In this document: piece after piece, positions 53,501 to 60,972 of the stretch
How the letters are laid out: every line of letters starts with the position of its first letter
Numbering within the stretch: position 1 is the first letter of the stretch
Origin: Diplonema japonicum
Lineage: Eukaryota > Protista > Euglenozoa: Diplonemea
DNA: 64,000 bases
Assembly (NCBI GenBank): GCA_964019335.1
Contig: OZ025695.1
Coordinates: forward strand, 434,001-498,000
Direction of reading: 5' to 3'
Translations under genes and position numbers: made by a program
Notes under the pieces: model-generated
The model's input: the letters and a program-made list of their open reading frames with translations, nothing else
Database searches by the model: none
What the model was told of the DNA's origin: nothing

Positions 53501-56149
53501 GCTGTAGAAGACAGGCGTGGCAGCTGCCCTGTCGTCAGAGATCCACTCACGTACTAGTGCTGCGAAAGCGGGGCAGATGATGGCCGCTTTACCTGGTCCT
53601 GCGGAACCACCTGCCTTTTGCGCCTCGATCATGGCCTGCACGGCTGTGATCTCAGGTTTTCGTGAGTGTTCGAAATATGTCTGCACCTTGGCAACGACGG
53701 GGTCCACTTCCTTGGTGTTGGTCTCGACACGGCCCTTGCACATGGCGGCAAAGAGTTCAATACACGCCACATTGTAGACAAGGAAAGAGGAATTTCCCGC
53801 CTTCTCGGCGAAGGGCGGGACGCCTAATCCTTCGTACAGCATCCTCTGCAGATCGATAGATGGCACATGCTTGCTGGGCAGCCAGAGCATCTCGTTCATA
53901 CTAACCTCGACCAGCCCACTGTGCCCTATTTTATGGTGGATAATGTTGCGCCCCTTCTGCCACCTCACACCGTCGTCCTCCAAGAAGTGCTTCAGCACCA
54001 GCCGTTGGTTGTTGCTTATCGGCTGTCCGTTCTCTTCGCATACGCAACACATCCTCATTAATTGCACGATGCGCTGTGCTGTGCACTCGCCATCAGCACG
54101 GTGCTGCCCATGCAATCGGGTCCCGCTATCCTTCTCGCCAAGCTGGGACAGCGTGTTCAGGTCATCACAGAATTTTACGACCACCTTTTCGTCCAAGAAC
54201 TTCACGACCTCGTAGTGCCTCAACAGGACCTCGAGGCACAGGTCCGCTTGGATTTTATGCCACAGAAGTTGGTCCTGTATTTTGTAGATGTAACCCAGCC
54301 GCATAATCTCCACTGCTGCTTTCTCGTTGTCTTTGATCATGGCACTGAGGGACATGTAAATGTTGACACAGATGGACTTGAACGTCCTGTATTGGGGCTC
54401 TTGCAGGTCGAGGATGTTGAAGCGGCCCCTCGTCAGGTATGTTTTTTGGCTCTTCTTGTGGTTATGCTCGTTGTGGAAGGCTGTCCATCCCACTTCCTCG
54501 AAAGGCACCGTGAGACAGTCCATCAGGAACACGTGAATGTCTTGGTCCAGCATGGTTTGCTGGTATAATGTGTGCTTCTCCTCCTTCCTGAGCCCCACCC
54601 ATGTGGTCCTGCGCCGTTTGCCGTGCTTGACGGACACTGTCTGCGGTTCTTCTATCTCGGGGACGACGTCGGGCGGCGTGAGCAACGCGACGTACTTCTG
54701 CAGATGGTACAACACAGATTGCAGCAACGTGTCATGCGGCGCTTTTTGCTGCAGGTTTGCGACATCGCCCGGTTGCGCTGCTGCCTCCTCATCCTTCCTC
54801 CTCCACCAGCTGATGTATTCCATGATGGTAGGCTTCGACCTAACAATTGTGTTGATCTCGTGCACGATGTCCAGTTGTGGTGCAATCATCACCTGCAAAG
54901 CGTCTTGAAAAACCTGCCGTGGCTGGCAGGACAGCTCCAAGTTGTTGTCCCATTCAGCAGAGGTGCTTGTGGTGGTGCCCAACCAACACCTGGCAACGAA
55001 AGGCTTGACAGGTTCATCAGAGTGAGTGGGCACGATTCCAGCGAGGCGTACAATCTGATCCTTCTGCAGGTGGTCGTCTGGCGTCTGATGCACTTGATGC
55101 AAGAATTTGCCTACATCAGTTACACCCTCAGGGATGATCTTCGAAGTGAAGAGCCATTGCGTAGAAGTCACGCTATCATCGGTACCTATCTCAGGAATGA
55201 CACCGAGGGTGCAGCCGTCCTGCGTCGATGTGTGAGAAAGGTAGAGCCCAGACGCAAGGTGCTTGACTCGCACAGGACGCTCCATTGGGATAAAGCCACC
55301 CTTGTCCGTGTCCTCGTGTTCTATGTAGAAGAAGGAGTTACTTCGGTAGGACCGCATTTTGAGGTTCGGGTTGCCGACACGGTGCATCGTAAATGACCTG
55401 GCGGTGGCACCTATCTTGATGTTGACATAAGACTCGTAGTCCTTGTGGTACAGGAGGATCGGGTCTCCGATCTTCACCATGCGTTTCATGAGGAAAGCCT
55501 CAGGAGTGGTGGAAGTGTCAAAGGCGCGGATGGCGTACGTGTTCTTGCTGACTGAGAGGTTCGCTTCATAGTACTTGTCGCCTTCCTTAGGGCGAATGTC
55601 ATCACAGCTAGTGCACTGGGTGCTGTCGGTCGCACTACTGCTGAGAAAGTGCGAGGGTCGAATCTCTGCGTGCTCGAGGTTGATCTCGTCGTTTGCCTCA
55701 ATGACCTGACCCTCCTGGCGCACTTTGAAGGAAGGCACGATCCTGAAGTATGACTTGTGAGTGGCATTGTCTTCTAGCGAGAGCTTCAGGTTGTCACCTT
55801 CGCCCACCCACGAGCTGGAGATTCGCGACACCAAAGACAAGACACACAGCAGTTGCTGAGAGTACACGTGTCTGAGCTTTATCTTGTCACCATAGCAGAC
55901 CTCTTCAGAGCTTCGACGGTGCGCCGCATTCATCTCGCTGCCCACCGGCTCGTCGAAGGGCAGTACCTCAAACAAGTACTTCTGGTACACAGAGTTCCTC
56001 TTTCTGTTGTCCCTCGCCACGTGCACGCCAACCTCTCCGTTCCTGTCCCCCAACTGCGTCAGAAACCCTTCCACCTTCGCATCGAAGAAGGTCACCTTGT
56101 CCCCATACCGTATCTTTGCAGCCTTCTCGTTCTTGTCTGGGTTGAGCAT
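47570..56149 (-). CDS. ITPR: Inositol 1,4,5-trisphosphate/ryanodine receptor-family Ca2+ release channel
   Basis: N-terminal YGDKIKLRHVYS and VRVKHLASGLYL, RIH-associated LQLLCEGH..LQNFLREQ and LTEFCQGPCKGNQ, GQIEIGR..LEKVYF, pore GLRQGGGLAD, IFLNIIFGIILDTFAELR, CFICG, HNMWSY. Confidence 0.93.
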   Translation of the reverse strand: MLNPDKNEKAAKIRYGDKVTFFDAKVEGFLTQLGDRNGEVGVHVARDNRKRNSVYQKYLFEVLPFDEPVGSEMNAAHRRSSEEVCYGDKIKLRHVYSQQLLCVLSLVSRISSSWVGEGDNLKLSLEDNATHKSYFRIVPSFKVRQEGQVIEANDEINLEHAEIRPSHFLSSSATDSTQCTSCDDIRPKEGDKYYEANLSVSKNTYAIRAFDTSTTPEAFLMKRMVKIGDPILLYHKDYESYVNIKIGATARSFTMHRVGNPNLKMRSYRSNSFFYIEHEDTDKGGFIPMERPVRVKHLASGLYLSHTSTQDGCTLGVIPEIGTDDSVTSTQWLFTSKIIPEGVTDVGKFLHQVHQTPDDHLQKDQIVRLAGIVPTHSDEPVKPFVARCWLGTTTSTSAEWDNNLELSCQPRQVFQDALQVMIAPQLDIVHEINTIVRSKPTIMEYISWWRRKDEEAAAQPGDVANLQQKAPHDTLLQSVLYHLQKYVALLTPPDVVPEIEEPQTVSVKHGKRRRTTWVGLRKEEKHTLYQQTMLDQDIHVFLMDCLTVPFEEVGWTAFHNEHNHKKSQKTYLTRGRFNILDLQEPQYRTFKSICVNIYMSLSAMIKDNEKAAVEIMRLGYIYKIQDQLLWHKIQADLCLEVLLRHYEVVKFLDEKVVVKFCDDLNTLSQLGEKDSGTRLHGQHRADGECTAQRIVQLMRMCCVCEENGQPISNNQRLVLKHFLEDDGVRWQKGRNIIHHKIGHSGLVEVSMNEMLWLPSKHVPSIDLQRMLYEGLGVPPFAEKAGNSSFLVYNVACIELFAAMCKGRVETNTKEVDPVVAKVQTYFEHSRKPEITAVQAMIEAQKAGGSAGPGKAAIICPAFAALVREWISDDRAAATPVFYSESTKANTTKLLEWGKGKVKQSFLPAEQDLEVKSWIKSRCSDLSFLLQKNQTMKLLLSALTLCKRLVLKGTYTLGQAELATNTGGKTEKPLFDSFLAILDPATDGRESGILTEAQRRMYSDINLPIFSAKLEVCRVLHATLDMKIWHIFVQRAIGVEIEEGNTPFWSKMSFAEKSMQQCENYFPVGDVQDLGGWLHTSAAPFDFSGDVSPNHIDSFQQMRDLTHYLMELTLYQWVPIVDCSLDLLLRLHSVPLEVSNALNKVIMLEHRDERRIYKEISDLAEVLVNKQDAISVTDSDPSKASIVAEIQNAVSRTIALCLPDAEDMLRSWDEFVDCRPNAQAQRLISSTSIIESVLTILSSFIRAEEQYPQVPAVPAHPQYLVKLLRSCYRLLTVYVKDSQQSASNQLLLNWVVEEKLKLHIRHERRAGPTHSRMLLWDVSYFLTELTLHYKVCVLISTYKDLIWVLVSQLNPGVLGSGRSPRHLKILKQLVLVQHIHTVDTEGPEKVTEVHERVIESSLTTVINYIVMEKKRVLMLLRDTNEQERDVRQQLISEEVEALIAGKSPAFCPPLDKNGPLQYHIELVELFSCALKGNTAVMTQTLAFNVMWPVDLAVPVEYSYPLFFMRPYLMLLSAYLHRDDKAPQVLSYTGPKGRSTVQKEPVVWNILNVCVFICRALVEGDKTGSDYLHKCYNKGAGARTYQWLQSLMKACDKSVRLPTYFPVWFCRAELETFVLDAVVPFINALTRRVRTCPTQSGQVRMACKCVVHLCELVISEGFLFLNTPKKAKLRQLLNQCITLGLSPDRVELGSFEATDQPEGFILILKRASKRAFESLSDVGANGGQLKANDGVGDQFIQFREDFARAVRNPAMYTENPVSTEPLSRARLLAFSRRSVNGMNQYLLREYVGQNCDAEDDKDASLPTMMTLDNFTKFANLLVSNTLPMEHVASVLNILAFGFAEEDKVNALETQRVKQQGIQSDLAAEALNTIDKRKREIQVMFNKKAATQKVFMLMETLIPRAPEKMREIHTATLSLAKQLLDGGTRKEVQMAIYQFFIERPMEGFFVFCRDQIKSYELEIKSWDLQSSSCTQQQKLRLCEMEVLFRVLQLLCEGHMTKLQNFLREQPDNPFSVNVVREVAMFTRYLTKEITHEAVLPLIMQGFVTLTEFCQGPCKGNQETLVEAKMPSVVGVLLERTEEETCDTSGEEGLSFDDVLSEAIGMLLSLTEGVTSMQSDLLVESTISKTDVPQKLLDMLRDNNQANLYNLLNKMNESWIKGHIVHATRMKGLVWKLSGKDTEEVSAEEEGCGEELQLGYNIFIFILSLCRFDKTKVDDRAEPALLKLLKSQMSYAYFNRHVGQIEIGRDEQLEKVYFVLPDRCKLLPEESKAGIQVSVKRDSRETKIQDFFSTWSDLVQEINIYDEANKQPNLQLFIKYGKWLEAISLFLSLVISAYLMGTMKRKNGPSKEYLSDTDYIGFNVLAIVQIFIELWLFFGWMQIKGRVIVFKFVQRAKNEVVSQKVRGPDFNMDTNIDKIRSYADWARHSAFMKAYLSLTVLLRHKDFYVTTLFAAAAPVGYFANPIFFSLQIFRVIKRSDSLQNVIKSVTSKYQDLLWTAGLGMVVIFLFSMVSFYYFSDKYYDVKRNPDLGQGFSCQELWRCFILNVVYGLRQGGGLADVLQHPDWHKDNVWPRLAFDFAFWLVMIIIFLNIIFGIILDTFAELRDKKQDRERDMKSKCFICGKEAYEFDKSRQSSFTDHYHKDHNMWSYLFFYVYLFHKSPELFTGQESYVWHKIERNLTDFFPEDAIALEEEADDDDAEEEEREKRIESKLDKLIKLVSGSSNGQHAVAAQRAMPPCGPTGGVGDVSKLVKKIAELEKKQKEFKTNTGKMDEILELSRRMARRQSGNEFQPVSRTNSNSSAFRGPRAHLTSHPVPSTQSAAPLVLPLSPPVASSSSAAHRTSIPLASSPLTTPIQYPLGS

Positions 56150-56157
56150 TGTGTATC

Positions 56158-56220
56158 CTGTTATGTGTCGCAAAAGTAATACAAGCAAAAAGCAATCAAC
56201 CACAGAGGGAAGGGGCAGGT
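56158..56220 (-). promoter_or_regulatory. Putative trans-splice acceptor for IP3 receptor
   Basis: Pyrimidine-rich tract ...TTGCTTTTTGCTTGTATTACTTTTGCGACACATAACAG, 8 nt before the ATG. Confidence 0.5.
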
Positions 56221-56355
56221 GCCGCCTAGATATCAGTCACAGAGACAGCACACAAATGTATGGAACAAGGTGAGAGGAGGCGCGGTGACGGCACGCACGC
56301 AGAAGGAGAGGAAGAACGGGGGGAGGGGGGGGAGGGAATAGTTTTGATGCCTTTT

Positions 56356-57720
56356 TCAGGTTCTTGTGGAAGCCTCGTATTGCCTGGAGTAAGCCGCTAA
56401 AAAAGAAGTGATGTTTGACCATTCCCAAGCCTCCGACAGGTCAAGGGCGGTTTTGCCGCTTAGAGACTTGGCAGTGGGATCGGCGCCCACACTGCACAAG
56501 TACTCAACGACAGCGGAATGCCCCTTCCACGCTGCGCGTATGAGGGCGGTGTCACCATGCTTGTTGTGCACGTTCAGGTCGCTCCCGTGCTCGAATAGGA
56601 ACTTAACGACATCGCAGTGCCCGTTGATGGCAGCCAGGCACAGGGCTGTGTTCCCGTTGCTGTACCTGCCTTTGATGTCGGCACCATTCTCGTACAGCAG
56701 CTTGAGGATCTCGAGGTACCCGTACAGCGCAGCGCACACAAGTGCTGTGCTGCCATTGAGGGACACCACGTTGACATCCGACTTCCTGTCGAGAAGATAC
56801 CTTACGACCTCAAGGTGTCCGTTCTGCGCAGCCCAGATAAGGCACGTGTCGCCATGGTCGTTTGTTGCATTGATATCGTCCCCACCCCGCTCAAGGTGCT
56901 CCAGCGTCGCGAGGTAACCTTTTTGCGCCGCCAGCATGCTGGGGGTGGTGCCGTTCCTGTTCCTGACGTTCACATTGGCCCCCTCCGCTACAAGGTAGTC
57001 CACCACCTCATGGTGCCCGCAAAGACAAGCCCACGACAGCGGCGAGTCGCCCTTCAGATCTACCGCGTCGATGTCTACGTTGTAACTACGAAGCGTGCGC
57101 ACCACCTCCAGGTAGCCCTTCTGCGCTGCCCACAAGACTGGTGCCGCTCCTGATGATGAGGGTTCTGTGGCAGAGGCACCAGTTGCATGCAGAAGGGTGA
57201 TAATGTCAAGGTGCCCTTTCTGCACAGCGCACATGAAGGCCGTGTTGCCCTTACTGTTCTTGATGTGTAGGTCGGCACCAGACGACAGCAGGGTTCTGAC
57301 CACTTCAATGTGCCCGTTGAGAGACGCCCAGTGCAGCGCTGTGTCGTGGTTGGTGTTCTGGTAGTTGACGTTGACGCCTGCCTGCATCAGCAGCATGAGG
57401 GTCCTGTGCTCGCCGTCGCCGCTGGCCTGCACCAAGTTGTCGCCTGTGGCGTTGCACCCTGACCCTGATAACTCCCGCTTGGCCACCTCCTCGTCGGTAA
57501 GCGTTACTTGAAGCACTTCATCCGCACAGAGGCCTGTTTCTGCTATGGGCATCTCATCGTGGCCCTCGACCGCCAGCTTCTGCGACCCCTTTGGGATGCC
57601 GCATGACTCTTCGATCTGTATCTTCAAGTCCCCCACAGTGGCCCCCGCGCTGATGCACAGGCTGATCGTGGTGCCGTCGTACGTGCTCACGAACAACAGC
57701 ATCTCATTCTCGAGCTGCAT
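56356..57720 (-). CDS. Ubiquitin-like domain plus ankyrin-repeat protein
   Basis: N-terminal ATVGDLKIQIEESCGIPKGSQKL; about ten TAL..A...GH..VV..L...GAD.N repeats. Confidence 0.92.
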   Translation of the reverse strand: MQLENEMLLFVSTYDGTTISLCISAGATVGDLKIQIEESCGIPKGSQKLAVEGHDEMPIAETGLCADEVLQVTLTDEEVAKRELSGSGCNATGDNLVQASGDGEHRTLMLLMQAGVNVNYQNTNHDTALHWASLNGHIEVVRTLLSSGADLHIKNSKGNTAFMCAVQKGHLDIITLLHATGASATEPSSSGAAPVLWAAQKGYLEVVRTLRSYNVDIDAVDLKGDSPLSWACLCGHHEVVDYLVAEGANVNVRNRNGTTPSMLAAQKGYLATLEHLERGGDDINATNDHGDTCLIWAAQNGHLEVVRYLLDRKSDVNVVSLNGSTALVCAALYGYLEILKLLYENGADIKGRYSNGNTALCLAAINGHCDVVKFLFEHGSDLNVHNKHGDTALIRAAWKGHSAVVEYLCSVGADPTAKSLSGKTALDLSEAWEWSNITSFLAAYSRQYEASTRT

Positions 57721-57883
57721 GCCAAGTCGTCCTGTCGGTCGGTAGGGTAGGCTTTTCTGAAGAAAGAAAACAAAAATACGGAAAGAACACTTATTTCTCT
57801 TCAAAATATCAAATACGACTTGGGCCATGGGTTACGGAAAGGGGGGGGGGGGGGGGGGGGCGAGTTTCTTTTTTTTAATTTAT

Positions 57884-58606
57884 TTATTTCTTGGGCCTTG
57901 TGACCCTCTTCGGTTGTTGGGCTGTGACCTGCGGCTGGCCCGTCTGCTGCCCCTCATTGGCGGCGCTGCGGATCATCTCCATGAGACCCCCAGGGTTTTC
58001 CTGTATTTATTTGTTTATTTTTTTACAAGAAAATAAAAATTCCCGTCTTACCTTTCGCATCTGTTTCATTTCCTCGGGGTCGACAAGCATGGGCATGAGG
58101 AAGGCCATCCCGCCGAAGAAAACCATCATCAGCACCATCGGGTTCATGAGCTTGCTGCTGAGACTGATCTCTTCGTGCTGATCGAAGTAGGAGACCTGCG
58201 CCAGCTGTTCTACTTCGAGGGGTTCTTGGAGCTGCACCCTGCTCTTGTCATTGAACATAGCCCGGTATTTCCCAGGGCTTTTCTTAGACACGTCGATGCG
58301 GAGCTGCGGCATCATGAACTCCCTCACAGCAAAGTCGATTAAGTGTGTCCCAGGAGGGAGGTTCAGCATAAAAGTCCCATTGGCCCGTACGTATGTGGCC
58401 TGGTAATGATTTTTTTTTTTTTTTTCCTCCAAATTGCATACATGTTCACCGTTCACGACCAGCCTCACCCCGCCTCCCTTTTTGAAAACTCTAGGTGGTA
58501 GAAGTACCCTCCCGTTTATAAACGAGAAACCTGTCTCCTCACCCTCACTCAGCACCGCACATTGCAGCAATGCTATTGATACCAATGCTATCGTTGTGAA
58601 TTTCAT
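57884..58606 (-). CDS. EMC7: ER membrane protein complex subunit 7 (~209 aa); introns 58400-58441 and 58001-58051
   Basis: Signal peptide, YVRANGTF..NLPPGTHLID, PQLRIDVS, YFDQHE...KLMNPMVLMM..MAFLMPMLVDPEEMKQM. Confidence 0.88.
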
Positions 58607-59383
58607 TTTTTTTTTGTTTTGTTTCTTTCAGTTTTTTTTTTTTTTTATTTGCTTAGTTTAAAATAGATTTTATTTAAAAAAAAAACAGGAGGGGTTATCA
58701 AAAAAAGGGGGGGGGGGGCAGGGAACCAAAGAGGAAAAGAAAAAAGAAAAAACGAGACTAGGGTCCCTAAGGAAAGAGGGGGGGGGGGGGGGGGAGAAAG
58801 AAAGATAAGAAAAAAAAGAAAGCCCCGTCTCATGAAGCCAAGAAGAAAGGAAAAAAAAAAAAGAAAAGAAAAAGAAAAGGAATGTGGAATATCCCTACCT
58901 ACTTCCCTCTTTTTTTTTTAAAAAACTTTTTTTTTTCTACTCTTTGACTTTTTTTTTTTGTAATGTCTCCTTCCTTAATATACTGAGCGGCTCCACCTTC
59001 ACAGTCCCCCTCTGGTAAAATCCAGCAGGGATGGAAACTAAGTTTGATAACTATGATGTGTCCAGGGAAGATTCACGGAGATAGCAGTAACTAAAGAGGG
59101 CGTTGAGGAGAGGGGAGGGGTGGGTGTATAGAAGAAATTTGGAAAATGAAGGAAAAGAAATAGAATTCAAAGGGAAGGAAAAGAAAAGGGGAAAAAAACA
59201 CCATGCAGCAAAAAAGTACGCCCAAATAAATGAGTGCTTACTGTGCATAGAGTTCCTTTTTTTTTTTTTTTTTTATTTCCCTTTTTTCTTTTTCTCCCCG
59301 CCCCCCCGGTTCCTTTCCCTTTTCTCTTTGATTTTTTTTTTTTTTTTTTTTTTTTTTGCTATTGTCAAGGGAAGGAAAAGGAG

Positions 59384-59432
<49 letters not shown>

Positions 59433-60149
59433 CCACGCTGCATATCTCTAAAGCTTTTTTTTTTCTGTCCCAAGGCAAAAGGTACCAAACAATAACAAAA
59501 TAAGAATGTTCCGTGTCTACCAAACGGAGAGGTGCTCTGACGTGTTTTAGAGACTAGTAGCGTTAAAGGTTTATGTGATTTTTTTTTGTTCTTTCGATCT
59601 CTTTTTTTTTCTGTCCAATTGTATTTTTTTTTTTTGCTTTATTTTTGAAGAAAAAGAAATTGAATGACCCCCCCTTTTTTTTGAATTTCTGCGCAAAGAC
59701 CCCCAAGAGAAGAAGAAGAAGGGAAATGGGCAGAATCTGCAGCAAGACACAAGAAAAAAAACCCCCCCCACGAACAACTGATTCTGTTCATCATAAAAAG
59801 AAAATGGGTAACCCCACTCCTGATGTCCTATTTGTTCTTTCTTATTATTTTCTTTTTTTATTCTTCGTCTCCCCTTCTTCTTTTTCGAACAAAAAGAGAA
59901 AAAAAACTTTGCTGCGTGAATTTCTTTTTTCTTTTTTCTTTTGTTATTTTTTTTTTTTTTTTTCCTTCTTCTTTTTTTTTTTTCCAAAAAAAAAAAAAAA
60001 AAAAAAAAAAGCACAATTTTCCAACAGAAAAAAAAAAGAAGAGTTGGGAAGGGAGAGAGGGGGGGGGGACTTCAAAAAATAAAAAGGAAAAAAAAAAAAA
60101 TAAAACACACACAGGAAGTAAAAAAAAAATATATATATCACACAATCCT

Positions 60150-60596
60150 TCACTCCTCTTCCTCACCCAAGGTGAGGTGAGCAAGGCAGAAATTCGGCAC
60201 ATCCGAACAGCTGTAAAGACACAGGAAATCTCCCTCCGGAGAGGTGTAGATGTTGACAATAATATCATTCCGTGAAAGGACCTCAATGGGCTCAATGGCG
60301 TCAGGGGTCTTTTGCCAGTGTGCTGCCTCGGTATCGTTGGTTACATAGATATAAGTGGCACCCTCGTTCGGGGTTGTGGCCCCCAAGCACCTCACAAAGG
60401 GGTGAGACCCCCCAAGAATGACGTCATTCTCAATTGTGTAACTTTTAAGGAATCTCTGCACTACATCGCTCTCGAAAAACACCTTCTTGCAAGCACCTGC
60501 TTTCTCCTTCATCACCCCGCCAAGAATATCTTCCACCTGTGTGGGCGACAGCATGTAAAAAGACTTGTACCCGCGCATGGATGATGTAGGTTTCAT
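60150..60596 (-). CDS. Hypothetical protein (~148 aa)
   Basis: Complex ORF starting at ATG directly after an A-tract like neighbouring genes; no family recognised. Confidence 0.55.
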   Translation of the reverse strand: MKPTSSMRGYKSFYMLSPTQVEDILGGVMKEKAGACKKVFFESDVVQRFLKSYTIENDVILGGSHPFVRCLGATTPNEGATYIYVTNDTEAAHWQKTPDAIEPIEVLSRNDIIVNIYTSPEGDFLCLYSCSDVPNFCLAHLTLGEEEE

Positions 60597-60889
60597 TTTT
60601 TTTTTTTTTTGAAGATCCCCTCGTGCTGTGATGGAGTTTGATTTTCGAAATATTAAAAAAAAAAAAAAAAAGAAGAAGCTTGTGCACACAAGGAAAGAAA
60701 AGAAAGTAAAGCAAATGAATGGTTTTTTTTGGGGGGGGTAGTGGTGATAGCACATCCTCACTTTAATTTTTTTTTTCCCCATCTACTTTTACTTTTTCAT
60801 TCCAAGTTGATCCCCTCCAAAAAAAAAAATTATTTTTTTTTTGTTCCCGGTGGGATCGGATCACTCTACGGAAAGCATGGGGAAGGAGA

Positions 60890-60930
<41 letters not shown>

Positions 60931-60931
60931 G

Positions 60932-60972
60932 TGTCTTGAAGAGAACCTGCAGGATATGACAGGATCGCCTAA
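60932..60972. repeat. Dispersed ~41-bp motif, copy 2, at start of a ~400-bp complex island
   Basis: TGTCTTGAAGAGAACCTGCAGGATATGACAGGATCGCCTAA matches 35226-35267. Confidence 0.75.

Noticed and set aside
24873-57745. Long plus-strand ORFs antisense to dynein, TIG protein, IP3R and ankyrin genes
   Set aside because: Shadow ORFs expected from GC-rich codon usage; no recognisable motifs
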